Below, piece by piece: positions 56,044 to 64,000 of a stretch of 64,000 nt of DNA. Every line of letters starts with the position of its first letter. Position 1 is the first letter of the stretch. This DNA is from an uncultured Candidatus Poseidoniales archaeon (GTDB lineage: Archaea > Thermoplasmatota > Poseidoniia > Poseidoniales > Thalassarchaeaceae): NCBI GenBank assembly GCA_964645485.1, contig CAZXZO010000001.1, positions 18,203 to 82,202 of the forward strand, in the 5' to 3' direction. The notes beneath the pieces were generated by a model that saw only the letters and a program-made list of their open reading frames with translations, ran no database searches and was not told the DNA's origin. Both the position numbers and the translations under genes were made by a program.

Positions 56044-57114
56044 TCAGTCTAGGACCTCACCGGCTTGCAGTAGCACCATTTCATCGAGGTGAATTGTAGG
56101 CTCAAGCATGACTCCTGTATGATGAATTCCAACATTCGCTGACCCTCCTAAAGCGGTGTTATCCCCGAATCCGAGGTAGCAGGTTCCCTTTACCTTCTCA
56201 TCTTCCAATACATTTCCAATTAGCCGGGCTTTTGGATTCATACCAAAACCGAATTCAGCAACTGTCCAGACACTATCTTTGTCTTTGGGTTTCAGCCTTT
56301 CAGCAGCCCTCTCATATGCTTCTTCGATTTGTTCGGCCATACTTCCCCCTTCTAGAGATGTGACTAGTCCATCCTTGATAGTGAAGGTCAGAGGTTCCTC
56401 AAGTAGAGTTGAATCCCATGACCCATCAATCACCAATTTCCCATTCATTGTATCTTTCTTTGGTCTCGTGAAAATTTTACCTGCAGGCAGATTTGTTACG
56501 TGGCTAGGACGATTGCATATTCCGTTGTCTTCTAGTTTCCATCGCCGATGTTCAACTTCAAATTCAACATGAGTTCCAGCCTCGCTAGTTATCTTAATTT
56601 GTCGTCGGCGCTTGAGATTTCCACCAACCCGTGTGATGTCTTCTCGGAGGAGGTCAAAATCGGCAGTCATCCCTCCTTCGGTGAAAATATCTAGTGTGAT
56701 CCCTGGTAGAGTGGCAATTCGAGCACCATCATTGCGAGCAATTCTAGTTGCCCTTGTATGAGTCAAAGAAAAGCGGGTTGGAGCGATTACAATTTGTTGT
56801 TTTCTCATCAATTCTGAGACTGCACCTGGTGGTTCATCGCCATGTTGATGTGATGATGGCATCATTAAGAGAAGGACTCGTTCAGAGATAAGTGAGGCTT
56901 GCTCATAAATCGCTTGACCGATTTGAGCGGTGTGAGGGTCAGTAATAATTAGGGTGTTTTCGTATGAACGCATCTGCATACAAGTTCTAACAACTGTTCG
57001 AGCAGATGCACGGAGTTTTTTCTCCAATTTATCATCATCAAGTTTTGGACCTCCATCGTCCTCACTTGATGGTGATTTCTTACCAGCCATGCTCGCCCCA
57101 ATGGACTGTTTCAT
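56044..57114 (-). CDS. Aminopeptidase (peptidase M29-like)
   Basis: NLPAGKIF, GKLVIDGS, AEFGFGMNP, EDEKVKGTCYLGFGDN, HHTGV. Confidence 0.88.
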   Translation of the reverse strand: MKQSIGASMAGKKSPSSEDDGGPKLDDDKLEKKLRASARTVVRTCMQMRSYENTLIITDPHTAQIGQAIYEQASLISERVLLLMMPSSHQHGDEPPGAVSELMRKQQIVIAPTRFSLTHTRATRIARNDGARIATLPGITLDIFTEGGMTADFDLLREDITRVGGNLKRRRQIKITSEAGTHVEFEVEHRRWKLEDNGICNRPSHVTNLPAGKIFTRPKKDTMNGKLVIDGSWDSTLLEEPLTFTIKDGLVTSLEGGSMAEQIEEAYERAAERLKPKDKDSVWTVAEFGFGMNPKARLIGNVLEDEKVKGTCYLGFGDNTALGGSANVGIHHTGVMLEPTIHLDEMVLLQAGEVLD

Positions 57115-57126
57115 CCCTACCTATTA

Positions 57127-59400
57127 TTACTCTTCTTCCGGTTTTTCATTATCGGATGTTGAATTATTTTTGTAGGTGGATAACTTGAATCCAACGCCAA
57201 TCAAGATGAGTATCATTACAAAGTAGATTGCTGAATTAACATTTTGATGTAATCCTAGGTCAAAAACCTCGTACAACATGCTTGTGGGTTCTTGCATTAC
57301 TAGAGTTTGGTCTGCATTCACATTTCGTTCAATTTGGGTAATCCCAGTTGACCAAACGACTTCAACTGATTTCACCGAATCATCAGTATCCAATCCGAAA
57401 TGCACTGTTGGTTCGTTGCTTCCTAGGAATCCGCTTCCAGCATACACATGCTGGCGTAATTCGTGACCATCTTCGAGGGTCACAATTACAAGACATCCTG
57501 TTCCATAACTGTTGGAATAATGACGCTGTCCAGAGTCCTGGTTAGTATTGACACCTGTTTGTCGGCCTTCAAGTTGTACTTTGAGCCAATGGCGGCCAGT
57601 TTCCTCAACAGCATTATTTGAGAATAATTGAGGTGCTCTATCAGAATGGCCAAGCATGATATCTAAGTCACCGTCATTATCATAATCAAAGATTGAGGCA
57701 CCCATTGTTTTGTTACCATTGAAGCCAGTTCTCAAGCCGATTTCACCACTTATGTCAACAAAATTGACATAACCATCACCATCGATATCTCCATCGTTGC
57801 GATACAATGTGTTATTGTTGTAGGCAGTGAACCGGTTGATTCTTCCAACACCAAAGAAAATGTCCAAATCTCCATCAAGGTCGTAGTCAAAGAATTGACA
57901 AGCCCAATTTACAGCAACAAATGAGCCCGCTGAGCCATTATCGCGGAACCCTAGGTTTCGACTATTCTCACTAAAGGAATTCCCACCCTCGTTTTCCCAG
58001 AGGTAGTTTGGTCCGAAGTTTGAGTGACACAGGTCAAGATAACCATCTCCATTCCAATCCCCAGCGTGTGCGCCCATGCCAGTTCCTGGTAGGTCCATAT
58101 CCAACTGTTCAGTCACCACAGTGAACGTGCCATCGCGATTGTTGTGATAGATAGGGGACATACCAAAGTCAGATGCAACATAGAGGTCTTCCCAACCATC
58201 ATTGTTGTAGTCAAACCATACTCCAGCGAAAGATAGTCCAGTTCCTCTGTGGTCTGCAGAAGCGATTTGTGCCATTGTAGAAGGATTAGAAGGACTCGCT
58301 TGGTCCATTCTGTAAAGTCCTGAAAGGAATAATTGATTGGGGGCATCTGAGACTTCAGCCTGACCGCTAACACCTGCGTGGTTTGTTACATCGCTAAATT
58401 CTATTTCTCCATCTCCGTCGATATCTCCATCATTGCGATACAGGAAGTTGGTTTCTGTGCGTGCCCAATATAATTCCTCATTTACAATTCCAAGATTCAT
58501 AGAGTAGAGGTCAACATCACCATCTTGGTCGTAGTCTGCCCAAATTGCCGTTGTGCTATGACCATAATTTGCAACCCCGCTTACAAATATCACTTGGGGA
58601 GGATTTTCTTCGTCGTAGCCTTCTCCTCCATCGGTCATGATAACAGATGAAATTTCACCATCACCGGTTACGATTGCTTCAGCCTTCGCACCATTCCCAG
58701 AGGAATCGCGGAAGTAAATTGCTGGAGCAAGTCCACCAGATGCAGCATAATTGGAGCCTGAGTTTTGCATCACAACTTCTGTGACATTTCCATTTACCAC
58801 AACTGCATTTGCAATTGCGCCTTCACCAACTCCAGTCGCTGTAGTTACATCAGTGAAAACACAATTTCCATTATTTTTGAAGAGGATATTTCTTTCTCCG
58901 GATTCCAAATTATCAACATCTGATTCTCCAAAGGCGCTTAGATAAACATCTTTGTCGCCATCATTATCGTAATCTGCCCAAGAAGATCCAATTACAGTAG
59001 TATTTCCTAAATTCATACCAGAATTAGCCGTCCAATCGGTAAAGGTGCCGTCTCCATTGTTAAGCATAAATTGAATCGAACCAGATTCAAATTCTAAATT
59101 TTCGTAAGAAAGGTGGTCAAATCTAGCTGTAACAATGACATCCATGTCTCCATCTTGATCACAATCATCAACCGAGACTCCTGGACCATAACTAGCCCAG
59201 TATGATAGAGGCCCAGTATCAACAAGACTGATACCACTGGCCTCTGAAACATCAGTGAAAGTTACCTGGCTTGTGGTTGGAACTCCTTCTGAATGTGCAA
59301 GTGCAGGAGAAGCAAGGGCAGATAAAAGAGTTGAAATCATTAGAACCGCCATTAAAATAGCAGTTTTATTCAGCCGATTAATTGAATTTTCTACAATCAT
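57127..59400 (-). CDS. CRTAC1 family protein (FG-GAP/VCBS repeats plus ASPIC/UnbV), C-terminal TM
   Basis: FTDVSEASG and ADYDNDGDKDVY repeats, HWLKVQL, GSGFLGSNEPTVHFGL. Confidence 0.93.
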   Translation of the reverse strand: MIVENSINRLNKTAILMAVLMISTLLSALASPALAHSEGVPTTSQVTFTDVSEASGISLVDTGPLSYWASYGPGVSVDDCDQDGDMDVIVTARFDHLSYENLEFESGSIQFMLNNGDGTFTDWTANSGMNLGNTTVIGSSWADYDNDGDKDVYLSAFGESDVDNLESGERNILFKNNGNCVFTDVTTATGVGEGAIANAVVVNGNVTEVVMQNSGSNYAASGGLAPAIYFRDSSGNGAKAEAIVTGDGEISSVIMTDGGEGYDEENPPQVIFVSGVANYGHSTTAIWADYDQDGDVDLYSMNLGIVNEELYWARTETNFLYRNDGDIDGDGEIEFSDVTNHAGVSGQAEVSDAPNQLFLSGLYRMDQASPSNPSTMAQIASADHRGTGLSFAGVWFDYNNDGWEDLYVASDFGMSPIYHNNRDGTFTVVTEQLDMDLPGTGMGAHAGDWNGDGYLDLCHSNFGPNYLWENEGGNSFSENSRNLGFRDNGSAGSFVAVNWACQFFDYDLDGDLDIFFGVGRINRFTAYNNNTLYRNDGDIDGDGYVNFVDISGEIGLRTGFNGNKTMGASIFDYDNDGDLDIMLGHSDRAPQLFSNNAVEETGRHWLKVQLEGRQTGVNTNQDSGQRHYSNSYGTGCLVIVTLEDGHELRQHVYAGSGFLGSNEPTVHFGLDTDDSVKSVEVVWSTGITQIERNVNADQTLVMQEPTSMLYEVFDLGLHQNVNSAIYFVMILILIGVGFKLSTYKNNSTSDNEKPEEE

Positions 59401-59556
59401 TTACTCCCTCCGATGAAGTTTCACCAACATTTGCTACACCGATATTACCTATGAATGGTACCCATACTATTTTTTCTCTATTTTAGAATAAAATTAGATT
59501 ACTCAGGGAGAACAAACTTCTAACCCGAAGTTGGAGTCGAAGAAAGTGGTTGAGGT

Positions 59557-61467
59557 ATGTCTATCCAAAATAGGTCGCGAAACCACCCTCAATACATCTC
59601 CCCAACGGTACTTCTTTCCCAAATAATTGTACTCTCACTATTATCGGTCTCGTTAGCGCTTCCTACAATAGCATCACCAGTTGTAAAAGAAGAGTCGAGT
59701 GTATTCGCATCTCAGGATGAAATACCACCTCAAGAAACTCGAAATAATGATGGTAGTTACAATAATATCGCTAACTCCAATTGGGGTGCGGTTAACAGCC
59801 AAATCAATCGATTGACTTCACCGTCATTCAATGACAGCATTTCTGAGATGGCACACTTAGAATATGAAAATCCTAGAATTATTTCAAATCAAGTGTGTGT
59901 AGAAACAGGTGTAACACCAAGCCCCCTTGGTCTGTCAAACATGAATGTTCTTTGGTCTGAATTTGTGAACAACGATATGCAATTTTCAACACATCAAGAC
60001 TCATCTCAGGAAGGCGGTATGGAGGAGGCTCACATTTCAATTCCAATTGATGATGAAATCATGAACCCTGGTGGGGTTGAAGATTCTAGAATTAAGTATT
60101 TACGAACTTCTTACGACCCTACTACAGGGGATAGTGAAGAGAATCCTAGAGAGTATCTCAATGAGGTAAGTAGTTGGATTGATGGGAGTTCAATTTATTC
60201 ATTCAGTGTAGAATTCCAAGATTATTTACGCACGGGTGAAGGTGGCCAACTCAAAGTTACAGATGTTGATGGTTGGGACATGGTGCCTGGTCGGACCACT
60301 GACTACGTAGCAACTGTGTCAGGCGATGACCCTAATCTCCAATTTTTTTCCGGTGATTCAAGAAACTTAGAGCACATTGGTCTGACTTCACTCCAAGTCT
60401 TGTTCCTTAGAGAACACAACCGGATAGCAGAAGGCTTGAATGAGCGCCATTCGGATTGGGATGATGAACAGATTTTTCAGCGGGCTAAGAAAATAGTTCA
60501 AGCAGAAATTCAAGCGATTACATACAATGAATATTTGCCATCTATTGGAATTATTTTGGAAGATTACTCCGGGTATAATTCAACAATTAATCCACACTTA
60601 AGTAATGAATTCATTTTGTTAGCAGCAATTTCTACAGGCAGCCAAATGGCTGATGGTTGGTTACAATTTGATGAAGGATTGAATGAATCCACTGGCGGCC
60701 ACCTAGAATTGCGGGATGGCTTTTGGACATCATCTGCGTTAATTGAGGCTGGTGGAATTGATACTACAATTCGAGGGGCAGCATATGATACTCAACGCGA
60801 AATGGATTTGGCTGTAATCCCTAGTCTTCGTAACTTAATGAGTGGAGCAATGTGGGGTGGTTGGATGGATGATTGTGCAATGGACATTCAACGTGGCCGT
60901 GACCGTGGGCTGACAAATTACAATTCCTTGAGAGAAGGTCTTGGATTAGAAAGAGTCACAATTTGGAGTGATATCACTTCTAATGTTGATTCACAAGAGA
61001 AACTAGCCTCTGTGTACTCTGATGTTGACAGCGTTGATGCATATATCGGCGTGATGGCAGAAGATAGGCTTGAATCTTCCATCTATGGGGAAACTCAGCA
61101 ACTGTTGGTGTTGGACCAGTTCCAGAGGGTTCGAGATGGTGATAGATTTTGGTATGAAAATGATGCGGAATTAAATTCCTTAATCGATGAGTTCAACTCT
61201 TTACGATTGTCGGACATCATTCTCAGAAATACAGAAATTGAATCCATTCAATGTGATGTTTTCTTTGCAGAGACGGACTCAAGCAGTTTTGAATGCCATC
61301 TTGAAAATTACGAAACCTCATCAGGTTCAGATGGCATTGAGGAGGATGAAAGTTCAAACAAAATGAGTGCTATAATCGTAATGGGAATTGTTTTAATTTT
61401 AGTCGCGGTAGCAATATTATCTGGGAGAGCGCCAGATAGACAGGGAAAAAATGTGGAGGAAGAATAA
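59557..61467 (+). CDS. Animal-type heme peroxidase homologue lacking both catalytic His (pseudo-peroxidase), membrane anchored
   Basis: RNNDGSYNN, GDSRNLEH, FLREHNRIA, QRGRDRG, RVRDGDRFWYE; distal segment WSEFVNND and proximal segment ISTGSQ lack His. Confidence 0.85.
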   Translation: MSIQNRSRNHPQYISPTVLLSQIIVLSLLSVSLALPTIASPVVKEESSVFASQDEIPPQETRNNDGSYNNIANSNWGAVNSQINRLTSPSFNDSISEMAHLEYENPRIISNQVCVETGVTPSPLGLSNMNVLWSEFVNNDMQFSTHQDSSQEGGMEEAHISIPIDDEIMNPGGVEDSRIKYLRTSYDPTTGDSEENPREYLNEVSSWIDGSSIYSFSVEFQDYLRTGEGGQLKVTDVDGWDMVPGRTTDYVATVSGDDPNLQFFSGDSRNLEHIGLTSLQVLFLREHNRIAEGLNERHSDWDDEQIFQRAKKIVQAEIQAITYNEYLPSIGIILEDYSGYNSTINPHLSNEFILLAAISTGSQMADGWLQFDEGLNESTGGHLELRDGFWTSSALIEAGGIDTTIRGAAYDTQREMDLAVIPSLRNLMSGAMWGGWMDDCAMDIQRGRDRGLTNYNSLREGLGLERVTIWSDITSNVDSQEKLASVYSDVDSVDAYIGVMAEDRLESSIYGETQQLLVLDQFQRVRDGDRFWYENDAELNSLIDEFNSLRLSDIILRNTEIESIQCDVFFAETDSSSFECHLENYETSSGSDGIEEDESSNKMSAIIVMGIVLILVAVAILSGRAPDRQGKNVEEE

Positions 61468-63491
61468 TGTTAGGAAATATTGAATCAAACAAAGGACTAT
61501 CAAATCGCAAAAGATTTGCTTTAATGACTGTGGCACTTTTCATGCTTGTAGGTTTGGCAACCGTTTCGGCTTCAACCATTGAAAAGGAGGATGGTGCAAG
61601 GACCTATGCCTCGGCTGGCGAATCTGTAATGAATTCTGAAACATCGTATGGATATAATGGCTCAGGAGTTAATCTTGAAAACCCAGAATATGGCGAGGTA
61701 GGCTCACAACTTATTCGATTCGCAGATAGATATTCTACAACCGATGGCGAAAATCTAACCTTTTGGGACCGCTCAGATATTCCCAACCCACGCGAAATAA
61801 GTAATTCACTTTGCCATGAAGAACAAACACACCCGGATTCACGTGGACTGTCTGACTTCAACTGGTTGTGGGGGCAGTTCATCACCCATGATATTGACCA
61901 TACTACAACTCAGGATGGTAGGACACCAGACCAAGACCAACCAGACACAGCATATATTCCAATCTCGGAAAATGATGAATGGATGGGATTCCCCGGTGGT
62001 TTGCAAATGAGATTTTTCCGCTCAATAGTTGCAGATGGAACTGGAGACGGAGACCCGCTAAATCAAAGAGAACATCCTAACACTATTTCGACTTGGATAG
62101 ATGGTTCGGTTGTTTACGGTAGCGATGAAGGAAGAGCTGATTGGTTGCGAGAACACCGTGCAGGACTCATGAAAGTCACTGAGTTTGAGGAAGGAGATTT
62201 GCTGCCACAGGCAAATTATGATGAGGACCCAACTACTCCTGGAATGTCGTTTGCTGGTTTCAATTTTACAAATTCATTTGTCGCGGGAGATGCAAGAGCG
62301 AACGAACATGTAGCGCTACTATCGATGCACATATTGTTCGTTCGAGAGCACAACCGATTGGCAGGAGAAATTTTGGAGAGGAATCCCGATTGGTCTGATG
62401 AACAGATATACCAATATGCAAGGCACATCAATATTGGACTGATAGAGTCTATCACATACAATGAATTCTTGCCATCTTTAGGTATTGAATTAGACCCATA
62501 CGAAGGTTACAATTCAGCAATTAACCCGGCAATTTCCAATGAGTTTGCAACCGTAGCGTTCCGCATGGGTCATAGCCAAATAGGTAGTACTATGCTCAGA
62601 TTAGATGAATCAAGAATGACCGCGACAGATGGCCATCTCACTCTTAGAGAAGGGTTCTTTGATGTCACTCCAATAACTGAGGGCGGGGGGATAGACCCGA
62701 TTTTACGAGGCCTTGCTTTCAATGTACAGCCTGAAAATGACTTGATGTTTGTTGATGATTTGCGAAATCAAATGTTTGGTCCTCCTGGAGCAGGCGGAAT
62801 GGATTTGTGTGCAATTGATACTCAACGAGGTCGGGACCATGGTGTTCCTGATTTCAACACTGTTCGAGAGGCATTTGGATTAGAAAGATATACGAATTGG
62901 AGTGATTTCTCAAGTGACAACGCTACGATTGAAGCATTAAACAACACGTTTCCTGATGTCGACAGTGTTGATGCACTTATCGGAATGTTGGCAGAAGACC
63001 ATGTAGAAGATTCAGCATTAGGAGAAACAATGCGTGTCATAATTAAGGAGCAATTTACAAGATTGAGAGATGGTGACAGACTTTACTATGGTTCAGAATA
63101 TTCAGAATTGGCTGGCATTGAAGACCAGATTGAAAGCACAACTCTGTCAGAGGTAATCCTTAGGAATACGAAAATTGAGAATATTCAATGCAATGTGTTT
63201 TTCTCAGAGCAAGTCAACGCTGAAATGGGTTGTAGTTTGGAAAATATAGATGGTACAAGTGACGGTTCGGGCAATAACGCCCCATCAACAAGCAATAGCG
63301 ATATTATCACATATGCGGTACCATTAGTTTTGATTATTTTAGTTCTGATAGTGGCAATTTCACAGTCAAGCATTTCCAATGAAAATGATAAGAAAGATAT
63401 CCCAGAAAAGCAATCACTAAATGAAGATGAAAATGGGTCACAACCAATTCTTGCAACTAGTCAACATGAGGAAATCAACCAGCACAGGTAG
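61467..63491 (+). CDS. Animal-type heme peroxidase (peroxidase-cyclooxygenase superfamily), membrane anchored
   Basis: WGQFITHD (distal Q/H), GDARANEH (distal R, ester-forming E), FVREHNRLA, AFRMGHSQ (proximal H), QRGRDHG, RLRDGDR; start overlaps the upstream stop (TAATG). Confidence 0.93.
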   Translation: MLGNIESNKGLSNRKRFALMTVALFMLVGLATVSASTIEKEDGARTYASAGESVMNSETSYGYNGSGVNLENPEYGEVGSQLIRFADRYSTTDGENLTFWDRSDIPNPREISNSLCHEEQTHPDSRGLSDFNWLWGQFITHDIDHTTTQDGRTPDQDQPDTAYIPISENDEWMGFPGGLQMRFFRSIVADGTGDGDPLNQREHPNTISTWIDGSVVYGSDEGRADWLREHRAGLMKVTEFEEGDLLPQANYDEDPTTPGMSFAGFNFTNSFVAGDARANEHVALLSMHILFVREHNRLAGEILERNPDWSDEQIYQYARHINIGLIESITYNEFLPSLGIELDPYEGYNSAINPAISNEFATVAFRMGHSQIGSTMLRLDESRMTATDGHLTLREGFFDVTPITEGGGIDPILRGLAFNVQPENDLMFVDDLRNQMFGPPGAGGMDLCAIDTQRGRDHGVPDFNTVREAFGLERYTNWSDFSSDNATIEALNNTFPDVDSVDALIGMLAEDHVEDSALGETMRVIIKEQFTRLRDGDRLYYGSEYSELAGIEDQIESTTLSEVILRNTKIENIQCNVFFSEQVNAEMGCSLENIDGTSDGSGNNAPSTSNSDIITYAVPLVLIILVLIVAISQSSISNENDKKDIPEKQSLNEDENGSQPILATSQHEEINQHR

Positions 63492-63558
63492 TGAATAAAT
63501 CACTTGTTATTGGGCAAAAACCATTGAATTTTGGTAAAATCATTGAACCAACTCGGTT

Positions 63559-64000
63559 ATGTCTGTAACCCTGTTCTCAGGGGACAACATGAACCGAGTT
63601 GTTGGTTATCGGGTGCTAGCACTGATTGCTGTGCTAGGTGTTTTGGTAACGGCCTACAATAGCGCAATCATAATCGACTTTTTCGCCACAGAAGATGAAC
63701 CTCCAACCGATGATGTAGATCCATTCGCTGCTGAGATGGTGATGGATGAAAGCGGCGAATCCGAAGATGATAGCGGTGCTGCCCCAGATTCGGAAGAATC
63801 AAGAGATTCCGAGCCAATTTTTGATGAGGTGGCGAGTGATTCAGTAGGAATCGGATTTACAGCAATTATTGCGGCTCTACTTTTAGCCATGGTAACCGTT
63901 GGTCTTGTCGGCAGTTTGGGAGTTGGAATCATAGTGAGTGAAGGCGTAAAAACCGGACTTATTTTGGCATTAGCTGGGCCACTTTTGGCGAAACTTCACG
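63559..64000 (+). CDS. Membrane protein, truncated by the window end; start 63559 or 63589
   Basis: Open frame MNRVVGYRVLALIAVLGVLV...acidic linker...second TM, running off the window. Confidence 0.7.
   Translation, partial: MSVTLFSGDNMNRVVGYRVLALIAVLGVLVTAYNSAIIIDFFATEDEPPTDDVDPFAAEMVMDESGESEDDSGAAPDSEESRDSEPIFDEVASDSVGIGFTAIIAALLLAMVTVGLVGSLGVGIIVSEGVKTGLILALAGPLLAKLH

Noticed and set aside
1-64000. tRNA or rRNA genes
   Set aside because: No cloverleaf or T-loop GTTCRA context and no rRNA-like segment in any intergenic gap inspected

Overview
64-kb segment of an archaeal chromosome, most likely Marine Group II Euryarchaeota (Ca. Poseidoniales). This is inferred from Taw1, a Taw2-like enzyme, Lrp/AsnC domains, bacterial-type UvrC, and many secreted or membrane proteins with TSP3-like Ca-binding repeats; no rRNA marker is present. 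About 45 genes, densely packed. No rRNA, tRNA, CRISPR, integrase or transposase was recognised. Main observations: (1) Several genes are followed by diverged copies of their own last codons including the stop, with differences biased to synonymous sites (taw1 57 bp x2, MFS 35 bp x5, thioredoxin-like 23 bp x4). (2) The same geometry at large scale: a 197-bp duplicated 3' end of a cupin gene brackets a 4.9-kb AT-rich, integrase-less cargo island encoding a reprolysin-like protease and a beta-propeller/TSP3 protein. (3) A translationally coupled pair of membrane-anchored animal-type heme peroxidases, one intact and one lacking both catalytic histidines, divergent from a CRTAC1/ASPIC-UnbV protein with a phage-like insert. 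(4) A 2138-aa single-pass protein with a seven-blade FG-GAP (integrin-alpha-like) propeller and a PPGR/PPSR-rich cytoplasmic tail. All product calls come from motif recognition by eye; no database searches were run.
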